Positions 1-12,080 of a DNA stretch of 64,000 nt are shown here, piece by piece. The notes below the pieces were generated by a model, which saw only the letters and a list, made by a program, of their open reading frames with translations, was not told the DNA's origin and made no database searches. Origin of the DNA: Gracilinanus agilis (taxonomy: Eukaryota); contig NC_058134.1 of assembly GCF_016433145.1 (NCBI RefSeq), forward strand, positions 312,155,007 to 312,219,006. The letters run 5' to 3'. A program made the position numbers and the translations under genes. Within the stretch, counting starts at the first letter, position 1. The number at the start of each line of letters is the position of its first letter.

Positions 1-60
1 TCCCTCCCTCCCTCCCTCCCTCCCTCCCCTCTTTCCTCTCTCCCTCCCTCTCTTCCCTTT
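1..60. repeat. (TCCC)n / pyrimidine-rich simple repeat
   Basis: Direct reading: tccctccctccctccc... Confidence 0.95.
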
Positions 61-440
61 CTCAGCAAGTATTGAGTACTTATTATGTGCCCAACACTGT
101 GCTAAGCCCTTGGGATACAAAAAGGGCGAGAACAGTCCATGCTCCCAAGGCGTGCACATTCTGTTGGGGTGGACACCATGGGGCTCTCCCGTTACAGACA
201 AGCTTCATAGTGGCTAGGTGAAAGTTTATATGAAAGGGGAGCCATTAGGAGCTGGGAGCAGGTAGGACTAGAAAAAGTGCCTTAGCGAAGATGGGGTTTG
301 GGCTGAGTTGAGAAGAAATCCAGAAGCAGAGGCAGAGGCGGAGGGGATAGCCAGGGGGAAATGGACCGTTGTCATTGGGTAAGGAGCAGTAATTAGGGCA
401 GAGCACCAGGATCTTGGAGTATTGCTGGAGAGTGAAATGT
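61..440 (-). mobile_element. L2 LINE 3' fragment (ancient)
   Basis: Starts with the typical reverse-complement L2 tail (aagtattgagtacttattatgtgcccaacactgtgctaagccctgggg-like), followed by purine-rich L2 body. Confidence 0.7.
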
Positions 441-2479
441 AAGAACCCTGGAAGACTGGGGAGGAGCCCGTTTAATGCCAAACAGAGGACTTCTATTTCC
501 CCTGCCCATAATAGTGCTTTGGAACCATACATGATAGATATACAAGAATGGTTCCAATTGAATGTAGATGATCTTTGCTTGGAAGAATCAGTGTTTTGTT
601 TCCTTCCCAGCTCTACCGAAGCTGTGGTTTGGGGAAAAGGGAGCATTAGGTACCCTGACTTCCCTGATGTGGGCTCTCCTATTGCACCCAAATCCACATT
701 GACATAGCAGCTGGAATTCCATGAGAACCAAATATTTACTTTAACTTGTTGGCTTGATAATGAATAAATTATTCGCTTTATTTAATTTTATTATCCTGAG
801 CAATAGGAATTTGGCTAAAGATTAACTTTCCGGAGCATTTGGCTTCAACTGGGTTAATTAAATTTCATTTTCAAACTAACCCAAACTTTGTCCGTCTGTG
901 AGGAAATGTCAGTGGCTTGCCAAGGAATTAGGACGACTACTGAGAGAGGGTCCCCTCTCTGATCTACCTCGCAGTAATTCTGTTAATTAACAAATAAATA
1001 AATAAATAGTGCTATTTGGTTTCAGAATATCCTGGATGAGTTCCAGAGAAGTTGACTTCATCTATTTAGTGCATTATGCACAGGAACAATGAGTGCAATT
1101 TTATAGTTTATGAAAATACAGGCATTGACACCACTTGAGGTGATTAGCCAAAATAGAGTTTATTTGGTGGTTCTTTTGCCATTTTGAGTTTGTATTTGAT
1201 GTGCGACACCATGGTAAGCTCATTTTCATTTCATTCTCCTGGGAAGTAAGGGAGTAGTTTCTGCTCCAAAAGTTCATGTTTCTTTTTATTTAGGCCAGCG
1301 ATCTTTGGAGGAAACGTGAAAGAGCATATAAACTTGCGCATCTGTGTGCCTGCTACGTTGTATTGTATTTTATGGTTTGCCTCGCCCGTGGCTGACCGTC
1401 CTTGATGTCGTTAGCAGCCATTTGTAGCCTAACTTCGGGAATGCTGGGAAAGTGCAGGGCACATGTGGAATAATGGCACGAGCACCAAGACGATGATCCT
1501 GAGCAGCCAGCCACGCTCTGTGGAGATCGTCCACTTTAGCGGTCAGGCTCGGCCCCGGAAGCCAGGTCTTCTGACTCCTACGTCAGTGTCTGCTTCTTTC
1601 TTTCCTTTAAAGAATGATTATTGTAATGCAGTTTTCATGCCTCCTTTTTCCTTGGTAATTCTATTGCTCTTTCTTTTTTCCCATTTGGACCACGAATTTG
1701 ATGGCTAAGGTAAGGGTTGTGTGCGAGGATATTCAAATCCAAAAAAGGCCAAGTCCTGTGTCAGATTCCTTTGTTCTAAAGCTGTTTGGGGTTTTAAAGA
1801 GCCGGGGCCTACAAGCCAAGATGTCTCTTGAAGGAATTCCCCTTCAGCATTACTTTATGTGTCTTCTTAGAGAACTCGGTGCTCAAGAGATCAGCTCTTA
1901 CCCGAGAGTCAGTTTTCAGAACAAAACTTTTTTGGCGAGCTTAAGCAGCGTGGGAGAGGCAGGGGCTAAGAAACTAAAAGGAAATTTGAAAATATTTTGG
2001 CTTTCCTTTTTTTTGAGAACAGGCAGCTTTTTGGAAATGTTCATTTTTGCTTTGGGACCTGGAAGGAAAGATTAGAGAATAATGGCTGTTTCAGTAACAA
2101 ACTGTTTGAATAATGTTCTGAAAAAATGAAATCTAGCTTCCTCCCCAACTAGACAAGCTTGCATTATCAGCTTATCCTTTTCTCTGACCTTTCTCTCAAT
2201 CTTGCTGCCTTGAAATCTAGAGAACTGTGAGTGCTAAACAGCATGGCATTGGACTGCGTTTTTCAAATGGGAAAGATAAGTGAAGGACAGAGTACTGCAG
2301 GAAGGTGAAGAAATGAATATTAGGGTGTGTTATTAATAAGCAACATATTCTTATGATCCATCTTTCCCCTTTGATTGGTCAGACTCCACTTGGGAAGGGC
2401 ACGAATAAGCATTCAGATCCCTCGGGGCTCCCCAGACATCTGCTGGTTAGCCAGATGGAGCCATTCCGGGGCGCAGTTT

Positions 2480-3225
2480 GGAACAAGGCTCAAAGGCTCT
2501 AAAACGGCACTTGCCCTTTGACCCATCAACACGGGCACTTGGTCTTTATCCTGAGGAGATTTAAAAAGAACCAGGACAGGACCTAAACGTACAGAAATAT
2601 TTATCACAGCTTTCCACGGGAGCCAAGAATTGGAAACTGAAGGGATGTCCGTCCACTGGGGAGTGGCTGAACAAGCTGTGGTCTGTGATTGTGGTAGAAA
2701 ACTGTTGGCCAAAACAAATGACCAGGAGGTTGATTTCAGAGAGTTACCCAACCCGATGCAAAGCGAAGTGAGCGGAACCAGAACTTTGTACCTAGTAGCA
2801 ACAGTATTTCTTGATGACCAGCCGTGTATGACCCTGGTTGTCCTCAGCAATGCAGGGATCCAAGACTCATGATGGAAAATGCCATTTGCCCTCTAAGAAA
2901 GAACTGATGGGGGCCGAATGCAGGCTGAAATATAAGTATATATATAAGAAATGTAAGTCCTCCTCCTCCTCCTCGTCCTTGTCCTTGTCCTCCTCGTCTT
3001 CCTTCTCCTTTTCCCTTCTTCCTTCTTCCACAAAATGACTGATATTGAAAAATGTTTTGCATGTACAATCTATGTCAGGTTGCACTGTCTCAAGTAAGGG
3101 GGAGTGCAAGGAGAGAAGGAAGGAAGGTCAGAAGAAGGGAGAGCATTTGGAATTCAAAACTTTACAAAAATGATGTTAAATTTTTCTTTTTACATATGAT
3201 GGGGGGAAAATAAAACATTTAAAAT
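2480..3225 (+). mobile_element. Marsupial L1 3' end (ORF2 C-terminus + 3'UTR)
   Basis: Motifs ccctttgacccatca, gagccaagaattggaaactgaagggatgtcc, atgcaaagcgaagtgagcggaaccagaac; ends AATAAAACATTTAAAA. Confidence 0.85.
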
Positions 3226-3284
3226 GATGACAACAACAGGTCGAGCATTCCTTAAATGTCAGGTTGTGGGTGGGGAGGGGTAGG

Positions 3285-3525
3285 GTGTCATTTTCAGTCA
3301 TATTCAGTTCTTTGTGATCCCATTCAGGGACTTTTTTTTCTTGGCAAAGTTACTAATGTGGTTGGTCATTTCCTTCCTTCTGCAGTTCATTTTACAGTTA
3401 AGGAAACTGAGGCAAACAGAGCTAAGAGACTTGCCCAGGATCACACAGCTAGTCTGAGGTCAGATTTGAATCTAGGAAGATGATGCTAAGCCTGGATTTC
3501 TATCCACTGTGCCACCTAGCTGCCT
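3285..3525 (-). mobile_element. MAR1-type CORE-SINE
   Basis: tttgtgatcccatt...ttggcaaag...cattttacagttaaggaaactgaggcaaacag...acttgcccaggatcacacagctag...ccactgtgccacctagctgcc. Confidence 0.85.
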
Positions 3526-3539
3526 AAGAGGAAAGTAGT

Positions 3540-4660
3540 TTTTAAAAATAATTTTTATTTTTTTTTCATTAAATATTTTCCAGTTACATGTAAAAACAAA
3601 GTTTTAAGTTTTTAAAATTTTGAATTCCAAATTTCATATCTCTCCCTCTCCCTCTCTTCCCCTCTCCCTTGTTGGGGGAGGTAAACAGTTTGATTTCACA
3701 TATATATGTGTGTTTGTATAAAATGTATTTCCATATTAGCCAGGTTGTAGAAGAAAATACAAATAAAATAAAACATAAAGAAAAAACTTTTAAAGAACTC
3801 TTCAGTCTGCACTGAGTATTCATTAGTTTTGTCTTCTGAAGGGGGAGAGTATTTTTCATCATGGGTCCTTTGGAAAGTCTTGAATTGTTGCCGTGATCAG
3901 AATAGCTAAGCCTTTCACAGCTGATTATCCTTACAGTATTGTTGGTACTGAGTACAATCTTCTCCTGGTTTTGCATCAGTTCATACAGGTCTTCCCAAGT
4001 TTTTCTGAAACCATCACTTCTTATAGCACAGTAGTATTCTATCACCGTCATGTATCACAACTTGTTCAGCTATTTCTTCATTGATGGGCATCCTCTCAAT
4101 TTCCAATTCTTTGTCATCATAAAAAGAGCTTCTGTGAATATTTCTGAATGTATGTGTGGGTCCTTTCCCCTCTTCTTTGATCTCTTTGGAGTATAGACCT
4201 AGTGGTGGTATTTATTGCTGGGTCAGAGGGTATGCAGAGTTAGAGCCCTTTGGGCTTAGATCCACATTATTCTCTACAATGATTAGACTAGTTTCAACTC
4301 TATCAACAATGCATTAGTGTCCCAATTTCTCCACATCCCCTCCAACATTTATCATTTTCCTTTTTTGCCAAGTTAGCCAATCTGATAGGTAAAGGTGGTA
4401 CCTCAGAGTTGTTTTAATTTGCATTTCTCTAATTAATAGTGATTTAGACCATTTTTTCCTTGGGATTTCTTCTTCTGAAAACTGTCTATTCATATCCTTT
4501 GGCCATTTATCAATTGAGGAGTGACTCTTGTTTTTATAAATTTGGCTTACTTCCCTGTATATTTGAGAAAATAAAACTTGCTGCAAAATTTTCTCGTTTC
4601 CTCTTTTCCTTCTAATTTTGACTGTCAGTTTTGTTTGTTCAAAAATACATTTTCATTTTT
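3540..4660 (-). mobile_element. Marsupial L1 3' end
   Basis: T-rich tail, then reverse-complement L1 3'UTR and ORF2 C-terminus (track ORF 4314..4586- reads REMQIKTTLRYHL). Confidence 0.9.
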
Positions 4661-7600
4661 GCACTTTTACTTTGTTGTGGTTTGTTGTGTCCTTCCTTTG
4701 GTGACTTAATTTCCAAATGAAATTTGTTCATGGATGATCATCAAACTTTTAAATAATCATTTACAATAGTATTCTGTACTACGCCACTCATTTTTTTTTA
4801 ATTCAGTTTAACAAGTACTAGGAACTTCTGTTGTCTTTTGATGTCGAACCTGACTTATTTTTGGAATTAAATTCTCAAAATTATATTTCCAAACGACTCT
4901 GTAAGAAACTTGGACTCTACCTGATAAGCCGTCACCTTTGAGGAATGGCTAGTTAAAATTTCATCTACAAGAAAGCATTTTAAGGTTAAAGCGAGAGGTT
5001 TTAAAAAATCTTCATTGCCTGTTTACAGAGGACGGTAACGGATTACTGTGAACTCAAAATGCCAAGCCCCTTTTAAAAGGGAAATGTCTCATCAAAGCAG
5101 AAAGGAGAACATTTCAACAACAACCAGGGTTCGTTTTTTCTTCCCCCTGCTATGCCAGCGTTGTGGTGCCGCCACTTTTTCTTCATTTGAAGACCATGTA
5201 GTGAAATGGATAGTAGTTTGGGAGCAGGTCGTGTTCTAGGATGCCACATTGACGTTTTCCTTTCCCGTTAGCTTGAGAAAGAAACAGAACGGATTTGTCA
5301 GGGTCGGTGATTCACCAGAACGGAGACATTTGATGGGCAGCAGGACCACTCTGCCACCTTTGAAACAAAGAGCTGGCTGCCTTGTAGGCTGCCATCTGGC
5401 TTGGAGAGCTTGTACTATGCCAAGAGACGCAGCCCACATGCAGAAAAGTTGTGCTTGAGGGCAGGAGGAAAGGTCTTCTTTTTTCTGGGTCTGCAATTTG
5501 TAGAACAGTGTCATTTATGTTGAGTTTCATTCCTGCCGTTAAATAGTCCAATAAATGCCTTCCCCTTTTTCTTTTGATTGAGTTTTTTGTTTCATTTTCT
5601 GCACCTTTTTCTAAAAAGGATGCTTCCCTCCTCTTTGGTGTTTATCTTCCCTTTCTGTCTATTTCTTAGTTTTATTCTTTAAATTGTGGTCTTTATATTT
5701 GTTTATTCCTTCTTTTATGGAATTCTTAGAGACTGAAGTTGTCTCTCTACTGGTTATCTTTGGTGCTGCTTTTAATGCCGGCGCTTTGGGGGGGAGGGGG
5801 TTCTCTTCTTCTCCTCTGTGTGTTTGTGTTCCCAACTAGTTGTTCTAGCTTCCGTTTCTTGAATGAGCTTTAGCTAGAGTGGATGCAAGTGTTCCGTTCT
5901 GCTCATTACTTCTCAGTTGGGCCTGAGTGGAAAGACAAGGGCAGGGGCCTGAGGAAGTACTTGGGCATATAAGGACAAAAAATAGGATCGAGGTATTTCA
6001 GTTTCTTAGTGTCTCTTGCTATGAGGCTCATGGCTGATGGCAGATAGAGAGCGCGAGACCGTGTGTGTGGCCGCGGGGGAACTAAGGAGCCTGCAGGGTC
6101 ACTGAGGCCCAGGATCCGGGTGCTGCGCGCATTTCGGGGCACATAAGCGCATGTTTTGAAGTCTTCCAATGTCAGGCAGAAGTGAGAGTGGAAACAAAGA
6201 GTGGGAAATGGGCCCGGCATCCGGCGGGAGATGAGGGAGAATGACCTGGAGCTCCCAGGTGAGAAGCCCAGGCTTGATGCCATGCAGCTGGCCCAAGTTA
6301 CTAAGTGATGGAGGCCAAGAGAGTCCACAAGTGACCGAGGAGCGCAGGGAGGATTGCAATTCTTCTTCCAGACCAGTGTGTCCTGGCTGGGAAAGGAGGT
6401 TGGTCAGAGATGCAGGGCCATCTGGGCAAAGCTGGGTTTCTCTGAAACTCCCATAAGATAAAAATAGCATGAGAAGGGCTGCTGGGGAGCTTGGTGCACA
6501 GAGGAAGTGGGAAGTCCTGGGTTCAGATCTCAGACACCTCCTAGCCGGGTGACCCTGGGCAAGTCCCTGTGTAAAGGGTAAAATTATGTTTGGACTGGCT
6601 ATTTAAGAGTTTTGGTCGCCAGGAATCAGTTTTCACAAGTCAGGATGACTTTTATGGTAGCTTATTTACAACTATGAAGAGTGAAGGTAGGGAAAATGAG
6701 AGAGAGAGAGAGAGAATGAGGGAGAAGGAAGGAACCAAGCAGGGTTTCAGCGGCCCCAGCAAAGGGGGGGCACAGAGGTAATTAAAGAAGGCTACTAGCA
6801 TGAGGCCTCCTCTAAGACAAGAGGCCTCTTTCGGAGAGGCTGGAGCCTCCAGAAACGCCAAGGAGAGGGAGTCAGCCTTAACTTCCCCACGTGACAATTC
6901 AAAGGGGAAGCCGTCTGAGGTCTCCCCTGAGCTCCTCCAAGGGCCAAAAGCCCCCGCACAGGAACACGTGGACCAATGGCAGCCTCAGCCCTGTTTCGGG
7001 GTGCCCAGGGGGCAGCCACTTGTTTCTGATGTGTCAGTCACTAGCACGTGTGGCTCCCAGACCTCCCCCTCGCCCCTTGAGGCTAAGTTGGGTGGGAGAT
7101 GTTGCCCCCAGCTGCCCAGCCCTTGCTGCTCTTCTCCCTTGGGAACGCCATTCAGTGCCAATTCTGAATAGAAGTGAGGTTTAAACAATGGGCTCGAAGG
7201 GAGGAGAAGTTCATTTTTTATGAACAGAACGCCACAGGGCCCACGTCTCTGCGGCATTGCTTCTGCCCTGGTCCCTTCACTAAAGCTTCTTTCTCGGGGT
7301 TAGCCGTAGCCTCCACTTACCAGACCTCATTTCAGCATTTCAGGCCTCCTCTGGGCAAAGGTCCGACCTCTTGCCCTGCGCGTTTGGCACGGGCTCCTCC
7401 TTTCCCCACCTGGACGGCCCATGCTCTTGGCTCTCTCGCTCCTCTCCCTGCTTGCTGGCCGCTTCTCTTTCTTCTCTGCTAAATGTCCATCTTTGTGGCC
7501 GGGGCGCCAGCAGCCTGCCTCCACCCACGTGGTCAAAGCTTGTCACTTGTGCCCTCCAGTGGGCAGATGGTGCCATGCGCGCCCCCGCAGCCTCCCTCCC

Positions 7601-9160
7601 CGTCCCGGCTCGCTCTCAAGCAGCAGCACTATTTGGTGTCCTTCACTCAAGCTTTGTTTGCTGCTCTTTTAACTCCAGGACTTCCCTCTGGCCACTGGGA
7701 CCGGTAGAGACGGGCGAGTGTCTGAGCCTTCCCAGGCTGGGCCCGGCCTCGCTTTGCAGGAGAACGTGATACGGGTTACCCTGAGTATGTTCCCGTAAAC
7801 TCGTTATGATAACCGTTCTTGTATGTCGTTTGCTCTTCTCAGGTAGATTTTCTCTTCTCCAAAGGGATGGACGGTGCTGCTTTGTTTAGTCTGGGTGTCC
7901 CCGTGCCTGTCACCGGGCTTGTCGCTTAGAAACATTCGTTTATCATCCATTCAGGGTTCTTTAGGGCACGAGACAAGTCCTGGGTTAGAGCCTGGAATGT
8001 GAGGCCTCCTCTGGGCAAAGGCCCGGCTTCTCTTTCCGTGCCTGCTGTCTTTGGCGAGGCTCTGGTTACCGTCTGGAGGGAGGCAGAGGCTTTGGCCTTT
8101 CTCTTCTTTGTGCCTCCTTTTCCTCCTGGGGCCCCCCATCTCTCTCCAGCTGGCTTCCTCCAGCGAGCTTTCCTTATTACGGGAGCCCAGTGTAAAGCCC
8201 GCAGGCGGCTCTTCTTCAGGCACCCTCCTGGTCTTCCTTCTTCTCCTTGTGTGGGCAGACATGCCCTGTTTTCTTGAATTTCTTCTAAAGTGAGAGACAA
8301 AAACACTTCATGCTTTTCTGCCTCATCCTCCCCCAAACTCAGTCAGGTGCTCTTGCCCATTTGCTCTCTGTCTGTCTGTCTGTCTGTCTCTTGCTTGTTT
8401 TTGCTTACGATCAAACTCAGCTTGGAATGTATTATGTTGTCTCGTCACAGGGTGGGAAGAGGCCATCTGGTGCATCTGCTGTGTTAAGAGATTTCCATGG
8501 CGATAGCGCACCGGACTGGTCCCGTCGGTCCCTTCTGTTCTGCGGTGTTGTCTAGTTCTGAAGAAGGCTCGCCAGGTTAGGAGCATTTCAGCATAGCCAG
8601 CAGCCACAGGGAGCCACTTGTTTCAGCTGGGAAGTGACAGCATGGCTCCTCCTGAAAGAAGTGCTGCTGCCTCGCCGACTTTGGGGCATTTGTGCCAGAG
8701 ACTGGCATGAGGCTGGTCACTGTTTGTTTCGGACTTTGGGAAGACGAGGTCAGCTCCGTGAGGAAGGGGGGCCCTTCCTGTTGTAGCCTTGAATCTCTGG
8801 GACCCCGTTAACTCTTACTAGCGCGGTCTGGTTCTTCAGCGGCTCTTGCCATCTGCTGTATGGTATCGTGCAGGCCTGCTTCTGTAGGAGAACTCTGTAG
8901 ACGTGTTCTCAAGCCACCCCTCAGTTTATCAGTCTGCAGAACATCTCTGCGCAGACACCAAGGTAATTTCTCACACTCGAATCAGCCTTGCGTCGCAGGA
9001 AGACTTGGGTTTGGAGTCAGATGACTTCTTAAGGGTATGAATCTGCCCCTTCTTGTGGCTCATCTCAACTTGCTACCTGTCTCTTCTATAAGCATTATGA
9101 TCCTTTTGCCATTGACCTTGCAGGTTTATAATGAGAATGCTTCTCCCCCAGCTCCATCTC

Positions 9161-9191
<31 letters not shown>

Positions 9192-9329
9192 CCCTCCTGC
9201 TTCCCTCCCTCTCTCTCAACTCAAGCTGAAGTGTGTCATGCTGTCTGATCACAGGGTGGGAAATCATAACCCTTTACATCTCTCGCATCCGTAGCCTTCT
9301 TTCCAAAGCACGCAGCAACAGCTCCCCAC

Positions 9330-9990
9330 AGTAAACATTTATGAAGCTTCCTCTAGGCAAGACACTGCGCCAAGTGCTGGGCACACAAAGAAAGGGGTGA
9401 AAGACATCGTTCCTTCCCTTGAAGAGCCCAGATTCTAACGGGAGAGACAATATAAAAGAACTCTGTACATAGAGACACATGAAGCGGAGTCTTGAAGGAA
9501 GCCTGGGAAGGAAGAAGGAAGTGGGGTGGGAGGGATCTGGTTTTAGGCATGGGGAAGGACCAAAGGAAAGACACGGACCAGGACTGCCTGGTACTGTGTC
9601 CAGGGAGTGGCTCTTGTAGATTACCTGGAGGGGAAACCGAGGCGGGCTGCCCTGGACTTTACATGCTGCAGTGAAGCTACTGAGCAGAGCCTGGAGGCAG
9701 ATTAACTTTGAGGCTGGGGAGAATTATGGCCCCAAGCCTGGAGCGCTCGGGGCCTCCTAGAATTTAGATGGCACAAATGGCCAGATTTACACCAGATGGG
9801 TACAGCAGAGGTGCTGAGTCTGACCCTGAGGAGATGGCACCCTTGACAATAATAGGAAAGTCGTCAAGAGGACCGGGTTGGGGAGCAGAGACAACTGTCT
9901 AAAGGCAGCAGGGCTGGGGGGGTCTGGTTGTCATTTACATGGAGATGATAATAGAACCTGTGGCCTTCCATGCAAGCTAGCGGAGATGCC
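9330..9990 (-). mobile_element. L2 LINE fragment
   Basis: L2 tail-like start (aaacatttatgaagcttcc...gtgctgggcaca) followed by purine-rich L2 body. Confidence 0.65.
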
Positions 9991-10004
9991 GAGATAGCCC
10001 AGAG

Positions 10005-10085
10005 TAGAGGTTCTTAATCTTTTGTGTCTCAGACTCTGCAGTCTGCTGGAACCTAGGAAGCCCTCCTTAGAATACTTTCTAAAAA
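10005..10085 (+). mobile_element. hAT-Charlie (MER3-like) DNA transposon fragment
   Basis: agaggttcttaatcttttgtgt...gcagtctgctggaacctaggaagccctccttagaata resembles the recalled MER3-type end. Short and diverged. Confidence 0.4.
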
Positions 10086-10349
10086 CTAAACTGTTTTTCA
10101 ATGATCAAACATTTTTTTTTCTCTCCCCCCCCCTTAAATTTCACTAGGGAAAGTAAACCAAAACTCTTCCAATAACTCTATGTGATCAAAGACAGCCATT
10201 CCCACACAGACCATGCGTTTCTGTCTTGTTTGGTATGTTTAGTCTGTTGCTTCCCTTTCCAGAAGGGATGCAGCATTTTTCATCCTCAGCCCTTTAAAAG
10301 CATGGCTGATAACTAGAAAGAGAAAACAGAAGGGGAAGGAACAGGCGTT

Positions 10350-10560
10350 TGTTTGTTAAGTGCGTCCTATGTGTCAGACACTGTACGCAAATAGAATCCC
10401 TTTGATCTCACAATGACTCTATGAGGTAGGAACTGTCATTATCCCCCTTTTATGGTTGAGTAAACTGAGGCAGACAGGTCTTTCTTGCTACTAGTGTCTG
10501 TGGCCAGATTTGAATCAGGTCTTCCTGCCTGACTGCAGGCTCAGCCACTAAGCCACCTCA
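10350..10560 (-). mobile_element. MIR/CORE-SINE
   Basis: ctcacaatgactctatgaggtaggaactgtcattatccccctttt...taaactgaggc. Confidence 0.7.
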
Positions 10561-10849
10561 CTACCCCGGTCATCGTCATCGTACTCATTGGAGTTCTGAA
10601 GTATTTAAAAATGATTTGTTTTTACAGTGGGGTTAGAGTATGGATTGTTCTGGTCCTGCATCAGTTCACACCTTTGGTGTCCACCTTTCAGCCTGCTCTC
10701 ACCTGGGGTGCCGAGAAGCTGTGCCGGGCACAACTTGGGAAATCTGCCTCAGCAGATGGGCTAAAACTGGGTGGCGGGAAGAACACTGAGAGAGCTCTGG
10801 CCGATGTCAGTGCCAAGGTCTTCCCTTGCAGGCCAGGCCACTGCCTGAC

Positions 10850-12080
10850 TCTGGAAGGGAACGGACTCAGCACCTTCACAAAAATCGCCTGTACAGTAGG
10901 ACCTAAAAGCCTCACAGCCAAATGCAGAAAAGGAGAAATAGTAACAGCATCGTTTTCAGGCCATAATGCTATAAAAATGTCACTCACCAAAGGGCTGCTG
11001 GGAAAAAAAGGCTAAAAATTAATTGGGAACTCGACGACCTTATCCTCAGAGAACCAATCATAGAGACGGTCAACAGTATCATTAAAGAGGATGACAGGGA
11101 GCTGATATTTCACCAAAGTAGTATACAGGGGGAAATGTATATAGCTCAAAATGCTTTACATCAGGAAAACAGAGAACGAACAGATTCATGAATCAATGGG
11201 TAGGCAACAATTAGAAAAAGAACAAACTTTAAATTCCCAATTAGAAAGCCTGAAAATCAAAGGAGAAATGAGTAAAATTGAAAGTATTTGAACTAACTAT
11301 TGAAACCCATTGAACTAAATAAAGCAAGGAACTGGTTACCTGACAAAAGCCATAAAATAGATAAACCAGTGGTTAATATGATTTAAAAGGAAGGGAGAAA
11401 ACCAAGTTAGCAGTGTCAAAAATGAAAAGGGCAAATTCATATCCAATGAAGAGGAAATTAAAGCAATTCCTACGTGTTATTTTGCCCAATTTTGTGCCAA
11501 CAAAACTGACACTCTAAGAGAAATATCTTCACATTTATGTAATTTTACCAAATATTTGCCAAAATACAAATTGACCAGATTAATGGAAGAGGAAATAAAA
11601 TCTCAGATAAAGAAATGGAATAGGTTACCAATGAACTCTCTAAGGAAGAAGCCCCAGGCAGGGCTACATAGATTCACAAGTGAATTCAACAAAATTTAAA
11701 GAACAATTGATTCCATATACATGTAACGTCTATTCCATGTACTTACTAACTCTGTGTGTGTGTATGTATATGGAGAAACAGCTGAAAAAAGAATTCTACC
11801 AGATTCTTTTTATGACACAAATATGGTGCTAATGCCTAAACCAGAAAGCGAACAGAGAAAGGAGACTCTGGACCAATCTCCCTAAGGAATATGGATGCAA
11901 AAATTTTAGATAAAACACTAGTAAGGAGATTAAAGCAATATATCACAAGGATCATACACGATGGCCAGGTAGGTTTTGTATAGGCACGCATTAGGACAAC
12001 TCAGCTTGATTGACCATCTCTGTAACAAAACCAACAGAAACTGTATGATTGATTATCTCAGTAGATGGCAGAAAAAGCGA
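10850..12080 (+). mobile_element. L1 ORF2 fragment (endonuclease end to RT start), degenerate
   Basis: Reads as TFTKI..VG.KSLTAKCRK.EIV.ASFS.HNAIK (L1 EN, consensus HGTFTKIDH...FSDHNAIK) and ends near IIS.DAEK. Confidence 0.88.

Noticed and set aside
2867-3109. Acidic ORF (EEGRREKEKEDEEDKDKDEEEEED) on the minus strand
   Set aside because: It is the translation of a (TCC)n-type low-complexity tract inside an L1 3'UTR, with no splice or homology support.
10611-11015. 134-aa ORF
   Set aside because: Its C-terminal half is degenerate L1 endonuclease (TFTKI...FSGHNAIK); it is not a host gene.
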